DNA of 64,000 nucleotides from Candidatus Latescibacterota bacterium (GTDB lineage: Bacteria > Latescibacterota > UBA2968 > UBA8231). The notes beneath the pieces are model-generated. The model was not told the origin of the DNA and ran no database searches. It saw only the letters and a list, made by a program, of their open reading frames with translations. The position numbers and the translations under genes are program-made. Location of the stretch: contig CBDCDC010000002.1 of assembly GCA_965215195.1 (NCBI GenBank), forward strand, positions 3,968,001-4,032,000, given 5' to 3'. Positions 30,133 to 41,844 of the stretch are shown here, in pieces (position 1 is the first letter of the stretch; every line of letters begins with the position of its first letter).

Positions 30133-30888
30133 ATGCGACTTGCACCGAGGGAAATCGACAAGCTCGTATTGCACAATGCCGGCTTTGTGGCGCAGAAGCG
30201 CTATGCCCGGGGCCTGCGGCTCAACTACCCAGAGGCGACCGCCCTGATCGCGGCGCAGTTGCTCGAGTTTATCCGCGATGGCGAGCGGGTTGCCACCTTG
30301 ATGGACAAGGGCAAGCAATTGCTCGGTATTGAAGATGTGTTGCCGGGGGTGCCGGAAATGGTCCACGAGGTGCAGGTGGAAGGCACGTTCCCCGACGGCA
30401 CCAAACTGGTGACGGTCCATCAGCCGATCTGCCGGGTGCGCGGCAACCCCGAGTTGGTGCTCTATGGCTCGGGGCTGGTGCGGGTGAGTACGACGCGGTC
30501 GCCGGACAACGCGTCCAGCACCGCGCCTGGGGAAGTGCTGGTGGCAGATGGGGAACTCGCGCTCAACGCGGGCCGCGAAAAAGTGGAACTCGAAGTGGCG
30601 AATATGGGTGACCGCCCCGTGCAGGTGGGGTCGCACTTTCCCTTCTTTGAGGCCAATGCCGAATTGCGCTTTGATCGCGCCCGGGCCTATGGTTTTCGCC
30701 TCGATATTCCCGCGGGGACGGCGGTGCGTTTCGAGCCGGGGGAGACCAAGACGGTGACGCTGGTCGCCGTAGCTGGCAAGCGCGTCGTCCACGGCGGCAG
30801 CGGTTTAATCGGCGGGCCCTTGGGCGACGACAACAAGCCGGCCGCGCTGGCGCGGGCCAAAGAGCGCGGCTTTTTAGGAGCGGAGTAA
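30133..30888 (+). CDS. ureA: Urease fused gamma/beta subunit
   Basis: Gamma [16 protein letters not shown] fused to beta [10 protein letters not shown]...[15 protein letters not shown]. Confidence 0.95.
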   Translation: MRLAPREIDKLVLHNAGFVAQKRYARGLRLNYPEATALIAAQLLEFIRDGERVATLMDKGKQLLGIEDVLPGVPEMVHEVQVEGTFPDGTKLVTVHQPICRVRGNPELVLYGSGLVRVSTTRSPDNASSTAPGEVLVADGELALNAGREKVELEVANMGDRPVQVGSHFPFFEANAELRFDRARAYGFRLDIPAGTAVRFEPGETKTVTLVAVAGKRVVHGGSGLIGGPLGDDNKPAALARAKERGFLGAE

Positions 30889-30890
30889 TC

Positions 30891-32594
30891 ATGCGTATTG
30901 ATCGACGCGCTTATGCGGATATGTACGGGCTCACCACCGGCGACCGGGTGCGATTGGGCGACACGGCCTTGGTCGTCGAGGTCGAAAAGGATCACACCGC
31001 GTACGGCGAGGAGTGCAAGTTCGGCGGCGGCAAAGTGCTGCGCGACGGCATGGGACAGCAGAGCGGCGCGAGCCCAAAAGAGGCCCTCGACTTGGTAATC
31101 ACCAACGCGCTGGTACTCGACTACACGGGCATTTACAAGGCCGATATCGGCGTCAAGGACGGGCGCATCGCCGGAATTGGCAAGGCTGGCAACCCGGACA
31201 TTATGCCGGGAGTCGCCGAGCAGATGGTCGTCGGCGCGATCACCGAAGTGGTGGCCGGGGAAAAGCTGATTTTGACGGCTGGAGCGCTGGACGTACACGT
31301 GCATTTTATTTGCCCGCAGCAAGTTGAAGAAGCCATGGCCGCGGGGATCACCACGATGCTCGGCGGCGGCACCGGCCCGGCGACCGGGACGAATGCCACC
31401 ACCTGTACCCCAGGTGCTTTTTACATCCGCACGATGCTCCAAGCGGCCGATGCTTGGCCGCTCAATTTCGGCTTTTTGGGCAAGGGCAACTCGTCGTTGC
31501 GCTTAGGGCTGGCCGCGCAAGTTGAGGCCGGGGCCTGCGGGCTCAAGCTGCACGAGGACTGGGGCACGACGCCGGCGGCCATTGATGCGTGTCTGGCGGT
31601 CGCCGAAGAGTTCGACGTGCAGGTCTGCATCCACACGGACACGCTCAACGAGTCGGGCTTTGTCGAGGCGTCGCGGGCGGCCTTCAAAGGCCGGACGATC
31701 CACACCTACCACACCGAGGGCGCCGGCGGCGGACACGCGCCCGATATTATGCGGCTTTGCGGCGAGGCCAATGTGCTGCCCTCTTCGACCAACCCGACGC
31801 GGCCCTTCACGGTCAACACGATAGACGAACATCTCGACATGCTGATGGTCTGCCACCACCTCGACAAGAACATTCCCGAGGACGTAGCCTTTGCCGAGAG
31901 CCGGATCCGCGAGGAGACCATCGCGGCCGAAGACGTTTTGCACGACTTGGGTGCGCTGTCGATCATGGCCTCGGACAGCCAAGCCATGGGCCGAGTGGGG
32001 GAGGTGGTGTGCCGGACTTGGCAGACGGCGCACAAGATGCGCCAGCAGCGGGGCCTGTTGCCCGAGGACGCGGGCAGTGCCGACAACTACCGCGCTCGGC
32101 GCTATGTCGCCAAATACACCATCAATCCGGCTATTGCCCACGGACTTTCGGCTCAGATTGGCTCGGTGGAGACGGGTAAACTCGCTGATTTGGTGTTGTG
32201 GCAGCCGGCTTTTTTTGGGGTCAAGCCCGAGCTAGTGATCAAAGGCGGGGTAATCGCCTACGCGCAGATGGGCGACGCGAACGCTTCGATACCCACGCCG
32301 CAGCCGGTATATCCGCGCCCCATGTTCGGTGCCTACGGCAACGCGGTTGGTCCGACTTCGCTAGCTTTTGTCTCGCAGGCGTCGCACGAGCGAGTGGGCG
32401 AGTACGGATTGGCCAAGGAGGTCGTGCCGGTCGAGCATTGCCGCGACATTGGCAAGGCCGACATGCGGCTCAACGACGCGGTGCCCAATATCGAGGTTGA
32501 TCCGGAGACCTATAAGGTGAACGTCGACGGCGAGGAAATTGCCTGCGCACCGGCGGAAAAACTGCCGCTGGCGCAACTGTATCACCTGTTCTAG
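30891..32594 (+). CDS. ureC: Urease alpha (catalytic) subunit
   Basis: [51 protein letters not shown]. Confidence 0.98.
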   Translation: MRIDRRAYADMYGLTTGDRVRLGDTALVVEVEKDHTAYGEECKFGGGKVLRDGMGQQSGASPKEALDLVITNALVLDYTGIYKADIGVKDGRIAGIGKAGNPDIMPGVAEQMVVGAITEVVAGEKLILTAGALDVHVHFICPQQVEEAMAAGITTMLGGGTGPATGTNATTCTPGAFYIRTMLQAADAWPLNFGFLGKGNSSLRLGLAAQVEAGACGLKLHEDWGTTPAAIDACLAVAEEFDVQVCIHTDTLNESGFVEASRAAFKGRTIHTYHTEGAGGGHAPDIMRLCGEANVLPSSTNPTRPFTVNTIDEHLDMLMVCHHLDKNIPEDVAFAESRIREETIAAEDVLHDLGALSIMASDSQAMGRVGEVVCRTWQTAHKMRQQRGLLPEDAGSADNYRARRYVAKYTINPAIAHGLSAQIGSVETGKLADLVLWQPAFFGVKPELVIKGGVIAYAQMGDANASIPTPQPVYPRPMFGAYGNAVGPTSLAFVSQASHERVGEYGLAKEVVPVEHCRDIGKADMRLNDAVPNIEVDPETYKVNVDGEEIACAPAEKLPLAQLYHLF

Positions 32595-32640
32595 GAATGC
32601 TGATGGTGCGCTCGGGTGCCTTGGATTGTAGGGAATAGCC

Positions 32641-32764
32641 CTAACTACACGACACCAATACCTTGTCGTTGATGGGCGATGAGTCCGGGATCGAGGGCGT
32701 CCCGCCCTCGACGAGGGCAAGATGCCCTCGATCCGAGGGTAAGGCCCTACTGTCGTGTACTTAG
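32641..32764. mobile_element. MITE copy 1 (124 bp)
   Basis: IRs CTAACTACACGACA / TGTCGTGTACTTAG; 9-bp TSD GGAATAGCC (32632-32640 and 32765-32773); internal GAGGGC..GCCCTC palindromes. Confidence 0.85.
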
Positions 32765-32798
32765 GGAATAGCCTTTCAAATCATTCCGATAGGAGTTG

Positions 32799-33452
32799 AT
32801 GGATCGCCTCTACCCGCTAATGCACCTAGCCGACAGTGCGCTGCCGGCCGGTGGCTACGCCTTTTCCAATGGCTTGGAAGGGGCCTATCAGTTGGGCTTG
32901 TTGGATGCGCCTCGGGCTTTGGATGAGTTCGTGCGTTCGGCACTGATGGCCGCAGCCTACGGCGAGATTCCCTTCATCCACTCCTGTTATGCTGAATCCG
33001 ACGAAGACTCCTTGGCGGAAATGCTGCGTTTCTACGACGCGATGATCGCGGCCCCGGCCATGCGGCGGGCGAGCTTGGTCTTGGGCAAGAACTGGTTGCG
33101 GCTAATGGCCGGCTTGTACCCAGAGGTCAAGTTTGCAAACGTGCGGCGGGCGGACGCGCACTACACGGTGGTTTTCGGGCTGGCGTTGAAGGCCACGGGC
33201 TTTACCCAAGCCGACGCCCAGCAGCTCTACATGTTTCAAGTGCTCAGGGACCAGATGAGCGCTGCGGTGCGTCTCGGGATCGTCGGGCCGCTAGAGGCCA
33301 CGCGCAAGCAGTTGGGACTGTATGTACATTGCGAGGAATTGCTGGCGGAAGTAGCAGGGCGACCCTACACGCGAGCGACGCGCTGTGCGCCGCAGCTCGA
33401 CATCGCCCAGAGCGTACACGACGATCTCTATTCGCGCCTTTTCCAAAATTGA
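32799..33452 (+). CDS. ureF: Urease accessory protein UreF
   Basis: [36 protein letters not shown]. Confidence 0.93.
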   Translation: MDRLYPLMHLADSALPAGGYAFSNGLEGAYQLGLLDAPRALDEFVRSALMAAAYGEIPFIHSCYAESDEDSLAEMLRFYDAMIAAPAMRRASLVLGKNWLRLMAGLYPEVKFANVRRADAHYTVVFGLALKATGFTQADAQQLYMFQVLRDQMSAAVRLGIVGPLEATRKQLGLYVHCEELLAEVAGRPYTRATRCAPQLDIAQSVHDDLYSRLFQN

Positions 33453-33466
33453 GCGCAGGAAAATCT

Positions 33467-34177
<711 letters not shown>

Positions 34178-34441
34178 CGAGGACGAACACAAGGTTCGCT
34201 CCTACTTCGGCCAATTGCTCGAAATCGTCGCGGAGGAACCGCTTCCGCGCCGGTGACGTCGATCCCGCGGTTGACAACTCGTTTTGAGACCCTATCGTTA
34301 GCCATCGGTGTCGCCATGACGCCAAGCATTGGGTCCTGCCGCTTTGAGGACGGACGGGAAAAGCGAGGAGTTTCCGCGGCGGCATCCGATTGCCCGGCCC
34401 GAAACGCCACTGATTGAGTGTTCATAAGTTGTTAAAAAACA

Positions 34442-35449
34442 ATGATGTACTCCCCCCCGCACGATCGAACCGCACCTGTTCTTCTATCCGTTGTAGCACC
34501 CTGCTTCAATGAGGAACCCGTCCTCCGCGAGACCCATCGCCGCCTCGTCGCCACGCTTGGACAAGTCCCCGACCTCAATTTCGAACTCGTGTATGTTGAC
34601 GACGGCAGCCGCGACGCCACCCTGAGCGTCCTGCGGGAGCTCCAGGGTGCCGATGCGCGGGTGCGGGTCCTCGCCCTGTCCCGCAATTTTGGCCACCAAA
34701 TCGCCATCACGGCCGGCTTGCAGCACGCGGCGGGCGATGCCGTCGTCGTCATTGACGCCGACCTACAGCACCCGCCCGAGGTCATCCCCGAGATGCTGGA
34801 CCGCTGGCGCACAGGGGCGGATGTCGCCTACGGTGTCAGGACCCAACGCGACAGCGAGACCGCCTTCAAGCGTTGGACAGCCAGCACCTTCTATCGCCTC
34901 CTTGACCGCCTCACCGACATCTCTATTCCCCTCGACACCGGTGACTTCCGCCTCATGGACCGCACGGTGGTCAACGCCTTCTTGGCCATGCCCGAACGCG
35001 ACCGCTTCGTGCGCGGCATGGTGGCTTGGACCGGCTTTCGCCAAGAGCCCGTCCCCTACCATCGGGCGGCCCGGGCCGCGGGCGAGACCAAGTACTCATT
35101 CGGCAAGATGCTGCGCTTCGCCCTCGACGGCATCGCGTCGTTTTCCTTGGTGCCGCTGCGCCTGGCGACTTGGATCGGCGTTCTCGCCGCCGGGCTTGCC
35201 TTGGCGGGCATCGTCTATGCCGTTGCCATTCGCCTCTTGACCGACGCCTGGGTCTCCGGCTGGGCGTCGCTGCTCCTCGCCATCCTGTTTCTCGGCGGCG
35301 TCCAACTCGTGCTCTTGGGCATCCTCGGCGAGTACGTGGGGCGTATCTACGGCGAAGTGAAGCGGCGGCCGCTCTACTTGGTCAAGGAGCGGCTGGGGTT
35401 CCCGTCCACGAGTCGAGCGGCGGTCCGGCAAGAGGCGGCGGATGCCTAG
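34442..35449 (+). CDS. GT2 polyprenol-phosphate glycosyltransferase (GtrB-like)
   Basis: PCFNEE, VDDGSRD, SRNFGHQ, DADLQHPP, GDFRLMDR and two C-terminal TM helices. Confidence 0.92.
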   Translation: MMYSPPHDRTAPVLLSVVAPCFNEEPVLRETHRRLVATLGQVPDLNFELVYVDDGSRDATLSVLRELQGADARVRVLALSRNFGHQIAITAGLQHAAGDAVVVIDADLQHPPEVIPEMLDRWRTGADVAYGVRTQRDSETAFKRWTASTFYRLLDRLTDISIPLDTGDFRLMDRTVVNAFLAMPERDRFVRGMVAWTGFRQEPVPYHRAARAAGETKYSFGKMLRFALDGIASFSLVPLRLATWIGVLAAGLALAGIVYAVAIRLLTDAWVSGWASLLLAILFLGGVQLVLLGILGEYVGRIYGEVKRRPLYLVKERLGFPSTSRAAVRQEAADA

Positions 35450-37511
35450 CACAGGAGCGCGGTGGCTGAAGCTGTTGCTTGGCAACCATGCCCTTATTCT
35501 AGCCCTGCTGTTTCTGCCGGTATTCTACTACTCATTAACCACGCCGTTTGCCTTGGTTGACGACTATGGCGATTGGTACTATTTCCTCTTCGATAGCCCA
35601 AAACAGTTCTTTCGTTGGTTCGACAGCCGATTCCTCGATTTAGGCCACTTTGGTCACAACAGATACCGGCCCTTCTGGGAGTTCTACAACGCGGTTACTT
35701 GGAAAGTCTTCGGCCCAACGCCCCATCTGCACCACTTGGCCCGGTGGGTCGTGCATTTTGGTGCCGTCTTTGCTTTCGCCGCGGCCTTTCTCTGTTTTGC
35801 TCGATACCGACAAACCGAACACGGCGCAGCGTCCCGCTTGTTTCGGCACCTACCCTTGGCGTTACTGGTTTACATTTGGCTCTTTTTTCCCAGTTCACCG
35901 GCTTCCCGGCTGGCTCCCCAAGAAGTCTATACCGTTTTCTTCCTCGGCCTGTGCAACTGGATGCTGGCGCTCATGCTTTTGCAGGAGGGCAGGAAAGGAA
36001 AGATCCGGGCAACACGACTGATATACGGCCTGTTTTACTTGGGCGGCCTTGGCCTCGCCTGGTCCAAGGAAATCAACATTGCGGTCCTGCTTTGGCTGCT
36101 GGTCTGCTACTATGCCCTGCTCCTGATAGGGGTACGCCGGCGGACAAACCTTGCGCAACAGGGGCTGGGCGGCTCGGCCATGGATGCCATTCGCAGCCTG
36201 AAAGGGGTACGCCGGTGGAAAGTCTTGGGCGGCCTACCACTGGTCTTAGTTTTCCTCCACACCCTCGACAGGGTATATGACATCAAGGAAGCCGGCGGCT
36301 ACGGCACTTCAGCCGTAACTCCGGGGCTAATCCGTGAAAATGCAAGCTGGATTCTGAGGGGCCTGTTCCAAGTCGATACCTCCCTCTTGATCACAGCCGG
36401 CTTTGCCCTTCTCTCTGCGCTGTTGCTGCTCTCCGTCATTGTTAAGGCCATCAAGCACCGGTTCAGGGACGAGTTTATTTTCGTGCTGTTTCTTCTCGGC
36501 CAGTTTGCAAGCATGTTTCTCATTCTCAGCGCGTCCTGGGGTGTTGTGCTTCGCTACTGGTACATCCTAGTACCCGTTTTCACCACCCTGTTGGCATTCT
36601 CCGCCAAGTTCGCGCTGGAGTTCGCCGCAGCGCGTCGCCCGCTCCGGTGGAGCTTTGTGCGCTTTGCCCACCCCCGACTTTTAGCGGCATCTGCGCTAAC
36701 CGGCTTCATCATATTTTTCATTTGCTGTAACTACTACAACTTCCTGTTTCAGACCGTCGTCCAGCACAGCACGCGCCACACCGAGGCCAAGCTCCTCGCC
36801 GAAATCACCCGCCTTCACGAGCAGGGCCAGTATGTCCAAGTCCTGTATGAGAACCCTAACGAATTGCTACACAAAATCGTTAATAGCTATCCCAATTTTC
36901 TACTCCGGTTTTATGGCAAAAAAATTGATGTACACACGGCTCCCCCGGACGATACCGGGCAGCCGTATTACATAGTCAAACATACAGAGGCCCAGCCACA
37001 TAACTCGCCAGAAAACTATAGGCCCTTGTCATATGCTTACAACGTGGCTTCGGTTCTCCAAGGGGGCAGACCATACGAGTGGCGGGATGCCGAAGTCCCT
37101 ATATGGTCGTGGTATATCTACGATAATGAGTTGAACCGGGTCTGGAGAAACGGCCTCGTTGTACATCGGCTCATCGAGGAGGCGGGCGAGCCGATCATCC
37201 GCTCCGTCTTTGACGTTTATCGCAACGGCGACGAGTTGATATACCAGAAGGAGCCTTGCGGCCCGAATGACGTTGACCAGAAGTTCTTCCTGCACATCGT
37301 CCCGGTTGACAATAGCGACCTTCCCGAATGGCGGAAGCAGCACAGTTTCGACCATCTTGATTTTGACTTTGAGGCTTATGGTCTCAGCGGCGGCGGGAGA
37401 TGCCTTGCGGTGTTCCAGCTTCCGGCCTACGGCATCGCCAGCATCAGGACCGGCCAGTATGTGCCCGGAGAAGGCCGCGTCTGGGAAGCCGAGGTCAGCC
37501 TCGATGAGTAA
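35442..37511 (+). CDS. Polytopic membrane protein, probable GT-C glycosyltransferase with C-terminal soluble domain
   Basis: DD motif after TM1, RYRP loop, SKE motif, about 11 hydrophobic segments, overlaps the GT2 stop. Confidence 0.6.
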   Translation: MPSTGARWLKLLLGNHALILALLFLPVFYYSLTTPFALVDDYGDWYYFLFDSPKQFFRWFDSRFLDLGHFGHNRYRPFWEFYNAVTWKVFGPTPHLHHLARWVVHFGAVFAFAAAFLCFARYRQTEHGAASRLFRHLPLALLVYIWLFFPSSPASRLAPQEVYTVFFLGLCNWMLALMLLQEGRKGKIRATRLIYGLFYLGGLGLAWSKEINIAVLLWLLVCYYALLLIGVRRRTNLAQQGLGGSAMDAIRSLKGVRRWKVLGGLPLVLVFLHTLDRVYDIKEAGGYGTSAVTPGLIRENASWILRGLFQVDTSLLITAGFALLSALLLLSVIVKAIKHRFRDEFIFVLFLLGQFASMFLILSASWGVVLRYWYILVPVFTTLLAFSAKFALEFAAARRPLRWSFVRFAHPRLLAASALTGFIIFFICCNYYNFLFQTVVQHSTRHTEAKLLAEITRLHEQGQYVQVLYENPNELLHKIVNSYPNFLLRFYGKKIDVHTAPPDDTGQPYYIVKHTEAQPHNSPENYRPLSYAYNVASVLQGGRPYEWRDAEVPIWSWYIYDNELNRVWRNGLVVHRLIEEAGEPIIRSVFDVYRNGDELIYQKEPCGPNDVDQKFFLHIVPVDNSDLPEWRKQHSFDHLDFDFEAYGLSGGGRCLAVFQLPAYGIASIRTGQYVPGEGRVWEAEVSLDE

Positions 37512-37573
37512 GAAGCTGTTGCGTTAAAAGAGCTATATATCTCGCGGGTCAACTCCACTTTGCGGCTATTCCC

Positions 37574-38749
37574 TCAATGGTGAAAGAGCCGCACCCCCGA
37601 ATTGATCATCAGCATTCCGCATTCGTCTGCCGCCTCAATCACCAGATCATCCCGCGTTGACCCGCCAGCTTGGACTAGGTATTCCACGCCCGAACGCTGC
37701 GCCCGGTCGATGTTGTCGCGGAAGGGGAAGAAGGCGTCTGAACTCAGGGCCACGCCCTTGAGATGGCCCAGCCACGCCCGCTTTTCCTCGGCGCGGAGCC
37801 GTTCTGGAACCGCGCGGAAATTAGCTTCCCAAGCCCTGAGTTCGGCCGGAGTGACATCGTCTTGCAGATAGATGTCGATGGCGTTGATTTTTTCCGGGCG
37901 CTTGAGGCCCTTGGCGAATTTCATTTCTCGGACTTTAGGATGCAGGCGCAGATACCAGTTGTCGGCCTTGGCACAGGCCAAACGCACGCAGTGAATGCGC
38001 GACTGCTGGCCGGCACCAGTGCCGATGACTTGGCCATCGCGGGCTAGGCACACCGAGTTGGACTGGGTGTACTTGAGGGCGATGGTCGCCACTGTTAGGT
38101 CGCGACGGGCACTGGCCGGCAAGTCCTTGCGGGCGGTGACGATGTTGTGGAAAAAGGCGTCGTCGGGGATAAAATCGTTGCGTTGCTGGGCGAGCTGGAC
38201 GCCGAATATCTGGCGTTGCTCGGTTGCGGCCGGCGCGTAGTCCGGGTCGATTTGCAGGATGCGGTACTGGCCGCCTTTTTTCTTTTTTAAGATCTCTAAA
38301 GCCTCTGGCTCGTAGCCGGGGGCGATGATCCCGTCGGATACCTCGACGCGAATGAGATCGGCCGTAGAGAAATCGACCACGTCGCTCAGGGCGATCCAGT
38401 CGCCAAAGGAGGCGAGGCGGTCGGCACCACGGGCGCGAGCGTAAGCTGTAGCCAGCGGGCTGAGGTCGCGGTTGGCGACGAAATAGGACGCGCTCAGGGC
38501 CTCGTCGAGCGGTGCGGCGATGGCAGCACCTGCCGGGGAGACGTGTTTGAACGAAGCGGCAGCCGGCAGGCCGAGGGCGCGTTTGAGATCGCGGACGAGC
38601 TGCCAAGCGTTGAGAGCGTCCATGAGGTTGATGTAGCTAGGGGCCTCGTTGAGCGGCTCGATGGGTAGGCTGCGGCCAGCGGCCATAAAGCAGCGGGCCG
38701 CTGCTTGGTGGGGGTTGCAGCCGTAGCGCATGTCGATTGTAGCGGGCAT
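37574..38749 (-). CDS. purH: AICAR formyltransferase, short form lacking the IMP cyclohydrolase domain
   Basis: Starts at MRYGCNPHQ; SFKHVSPAG, KYTQSNSV, GQQSRIHC, SSDAFFPFRD, RLFHH. Confidence 0.88.
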   Translation of the reverse strand: MPATIDMRYGCNPHQAAARCFMAAGRSLPIEPLNEAPSYINLMDALNAWQLVRDLKRALGLPAAASFKHVSPAGAAIAAPLDEALSASYFVANRDLSPLATAYARARGADRLASFGDWIALSDVVDFSTADLIRVEVSDGIIAPGYEPEALEILKKKKGGQYRILQIDPDYAPAATEQRQIFGVQLAQQRNDFIPDDAFFHNIVTARKDLPASARRDLTVATIALKYTQSNSVCLARDGQVIGTGAGQQSRIHCVRLACAKADNWYLRLHPKVREMKFAKGLKRPEKINAIDIYLQDDVTPAELRAWEANFRAVPERLRAEEKRAWLGHLKGVALSSDAFFPFRDNIDRAQRSGVEYLVQAGGSTRDDLVIEAADECGMLMINSGVRLFHH

Positions 38750-38879
38750 GGTTCCTCCTCGACGAGGCATTTGACGCATTTGACAAAGATTGGGGCGGCG
38801 TATTATGTTCGGCAATTGCGGCAAAAAGACAATCGCCAATCACCCCCCTTTTGACAAGCCAAGGCGAGGTAAAACGACC

Positions 38880-39917
38880 ATGTTCAAAGGTTGTAGTACA
38901 GCCCTAGTGACGCCTATGTGTGCAGACGGCAGCATTGACTACGGCGGCTTGGAGCAGCTCGTAGAGTTCCAAATTGCCAACAATATCCAAGCGGTGCTCG
39001 CGGTCGGCACGACCGGCGAAAGCCCGACTCTGCTGTGGGAGGAGCACAACGAAGTCATTGAGCGCACGGTCGCGTTGGCCAAGGGCCGCACCCTATCAAT
39101 TGCCGGCACGGGCAGCAACTCCACTAAGGAGACCCTAGCGGGCAGCGAGCACGCCGCCCACATCGGGGCGGACGCCGTGCTTTTGGTCGATCCCTACTAC
39201 AATGGGCCCAGCTCCTTGGAGATCCGCCGCGAATACGTCGAGCCGGTGGCGCGGGCCTTTCCCGAGGTGCAGATCATTCCCTACATCATCCCCGGGCGCA
39301 CCGGCTGCATGATGCAGGTGGAAGATTTGGCCATCCTCGCCCACCAGTATCCCAACGTGGCCCAAGTCAAAGAGGCGACCGGCGACTTGGACAACATGGC
39401 CAAGACGCGCCGGCTCTGCGGCGACGATTTTACCATCCTCTCGGGCGATGACGACAAGACCGTGGCCATGATGAAGAGCGAGGATATCCGGGCCGCTGGC
39501 GTGATTTCGGTGATGTCCAACGTCATTCCGGGTCCCATCCAGCGGCTCACCGAGCTGCTCAACGCCGGCCGAGAGAACGAGGCCGATGGTTTGGCTGAGA
39601 AGCTGGCACCGCTTTTTGGCATCGTCGGCGTTGCAACCACCGAGCAGAGTGCTTATGGCCCGGTTGAGTGCAAGGCGCGCAACCCGGTGCCGGTCAAGAC
39701 GCTGATGAATATCCTCGGCATGCCGGCCGGCCCGGTGCGGCAGCCGTTGGGCAAGATGACGTACGCGGGCGTGCAAACGGTGTTGGACGCCGCGCGCCAA
39801 GTACAAGCCAACGACCCCACGGCTTTTGCGCCGGTCGCCGAGTTTTTCGGGGTGGATGTGGAAGCGCGTCTGCACGACGACTCGCTGGTTGAGTCCGCAG
39901 TGTATCCATCGTATTAA
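38880..39917 (+). CDS. dapA: 4-hydroxy-tetrahydrodipicolinate synthase
   Basis: GTTGESPTL, PYYN, IPGRTG, VKEATG, SGDD, NPVPVK; adjacent to dapB. Confidence 0.93.
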   Translation: MFKGCSTALVTPMCADGSIDYGGLEQLVEFQIANNIQAVLAVGTTGESPTLLWEEHNEVIERTVALAKGRTLSIAGTGSNSTKETLAGSEHAAHIGADAVLLVDPYYNGPSSLEIRREYVEPVARAFPEVQIIPYIIPGRTGCMMQVEDLAILAHQYPNVAQVKEATGDLDNMAKTRRLCGDDFTILSGDDDKTVAMMKSEDIRAAGVISVMSNVIPGPIQRLTELLNAGRENEADGLAEKLAPLFGIVGVATTEQSAYGPVECKARNPVPVKTLMNILGMPAGPVRQPLGKMTYAGVQTVLDAARQVQANDPTAFAPVAEFFGVDVEARLHDDSLVESAVYPSY

Positions 39918-39931
39918 GCGAGGCTAGAGGG

Positions 39932-40732
39932 ATGACCAAAATCGCAATCTGCGGGGTGGCCGGGCGCATGGGCCAGCGGCTGGCCCACTTGACTTTGACG
40001 GCCGCTGATTTGGAGCTGTGCGGCGGCAAGGAGCGCCCGACCCACGAGGCCGTGGGGCGCGACATCGGCGAGATCATCGGCACTCGGCCCCTTGGCCTAA
40101 CGGTCCGCGACACGCTGGCGGGCATGGTTGAGCCAGACCAGGTCGTCATCAGTTTTACGACTCCGGAGGCGACCCTCGAAGACGCGGCGCTCTGCGCGGT
40201 GCGCGGGGTGCCGATGGTGGTGGGGACTACGGGTTTTAACCCGGAGCAGCTCGCGGAATTTAAGCGGACGGTGGCGGACACTACCTGCGTATTTGCGTCG
40301 AATTTTAGCACGGCCATGAACGTGCTCTTCAAGCTAGTTGAAGAGGCGGCCCGGATCTTGGGCGACGACTACGATGTAGAAGTCATTGAGGCGCATCACC
40401 GGCACAAGGTTGATGCGCCCTCCGGGTCGGCACTGACGCTGGCCGAGCGGGCCGCGGCTGGATTGGGCCGCACCTTGCGCGAGGTGGCTGTACACGGGCG
40501 GTCGGGCGTGGTCGGCGAGCGCTCCCGCCAAGAGATTGGCCTGCACGCCATCCGCGCCGGCGACTTGGCGGGCGAGCACTCGGTGCTCTACGCAGCCCCG
40601 GGCGAGTGCCTCGAACTGCGGCACCGCGCCACGAGCCGCGATTCCTTTGCTTTAGGCGCGTTGCGCGCCGCGCGTTTTGCCGCGCAGGCTGCGCCGGGGA
40701 TGTACTCGATGGGAGACGTGTTGGGACTGTAG
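39932..40732 (+). CDS. dapB: 4-hydroxy-tetrahydrodipicolinate reductase
   Basis: GVAGRMG, VGTTG, EAHHRHKVDAPSGSA. Confidence 0.96.
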   Translation: MTKIAICGVAGRMGQRLAHLTLTAADLELCGGKERPTHEAVGRDIGEIIGTRPLGLTVRDTLAGMVEPDQVVISFTTPEATLEDAALCAVRGVPMVVGTTGFNPEQLAEFKRTVADTTCVFASNFSTAMNVLFKLVEEAARILGDDYDVEVIEAHHRHKVDAPSGSALTLAERAAAGLGRTLREVAVHGRSGVVGERSRQEIGLHAIRAGDLAGEHSVLYAAPGECLELRHRATSRDSFALGALRAARFAAQAAPGMYSMGDVLGL

Positions 40733-40733
40733 C

Positions 40734-41504
40734 TCAGCGCTTGGGGCGGCGGAGGAGGCTCTGCGGCCCCGGCCACAAGGTCTGGATCTGGTCGCGCAGC
40801 CGAGCGGCTTCCTCAAAATTTTCCGCCTCTACGGCTACCTGTAGGTCGCGCTCTAATTGTTCGCGCGGGGACAGCGGGCGCTCCTGCTCCAATTCCTCGT
40901 ACCATTCGCGCAAAAAGGAAATCTCGGGCAAGTCCTCTTCTAGCTCGGATTCCCATTCTTCGACAAAGCTCTCGATGTGGGCAATGCCTTCTTCCACGGC
41001 GCGCATGGCCGCTGGATAGTCGTCGTTGCGAAGGGCTAGCATGGCGTGTGCCCGGGTCTGCATCATAATCGCGTGTGGGTAGTACTGCTCAAAGTACCAG
41101 CGGATCTCGTCGTTGGGCGCACACTGATCGACCAATTCAAAAATCTGTAGGGTGTGCTCGGTATCGGCGACGACCCCTTCGTAGTCCTCTAGATTGAACA
41201 GACTCAAGTAGCGGTGGTAGTACTGCCAAGCCTCTTGGAAGAGTTCTTCGCACTCTTCTTCCTCTAGTACGAAGCTTTCCGGGGCGTTGCGCGATTCGAT
41301 GAGGTCTTGGTAGTAGTCGAGCAGCGAGGGGCAGCCGTGCGGTTGTTGGCCGTCGGGACGGCCATCCAATTCGAGCTGCAGAAGCCCCATGTCGATGCGG
41401 ATCTGAAGTTTTTCCTCGCCCTTGCTGGTGCGGATGCGCCGGGCGAGGAATTCGTCGGGCTTGAATTCCCAACTGTTGAGCAAGTCGCCGATATCGTAAT
41501 TCAT
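40734..41504 (-). CDS. UvrB/UvrC-motif-containing protein
   Basis: KLQIRIDMGLLQLELDGRPDG, YYHRYL and C-terminal AVEAENFEEAARLRDQI. Confidence 0.85.
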   Translation of the reverse strand: MNYDIGDLLNSWEFKPDEFLARRIRTSKGEEKLQIRIDMGLLQLELDGRPDGQQPHGCPSLLDYYQDLIESRNAPESFVLEEEECEELFQEAWQYYHRYLSLFNLEDYEGVVADTEHTLQIFELVDQCAPNDEIRWYFEQYYPHAIMMQTRAHAMLALRNDDYPAAMRAVEEGIAHIESFVEEWESELEEDLPEISFLREWYEELEQERPLSPREQLERDLQVAVEAENFEEAARLRDQIQTLWPGPQSLLRRPKR

Positions 41505-41773
41505 GGGCGCGCTCTCTGACAAAAAATAGAATGAAAAACCCCGGCCCCAAGGAAGCTGGGGTAGCACAAGGGACAATATAGGACAGAACTTGGTACTGCG
41601 CTACTAATCAACGCATTTCTCGTCAAATCGCTGGTCCATATAAAAGAAGCGCCGGGCTACAAGCCCCGCGCTTGTCGTATTATCGTATTATATAATATAC
41701 AAAAAAAGAAAGAGAATGTCCAATCAATGGGTTTAAGTAGAATATAAATAATAGGTTAGAAAAAATTTTATCT

Positions 41774-41802
41774 TGACGCGATTCACCGCTTAATCTACTT
41801 TA
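41774..41802 (+). promoter_or_regulatory. Putative sigma70 promoter with AT-rich upstream region
   Basis: TTGACG-17 nt-TACTTT about 45 bp before the ATG at 41845. Confidence 0.55.
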
Positions 41803-41844
41803 ACACCGCCCCCAATTCCCAATTCATTCCACACAGGAGGACCC

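Noticed and set aside
41640-41800. Replication origin
   Set aside because: AT-rich but no DnaA boxes found; explained adequately as a divergent promoter region
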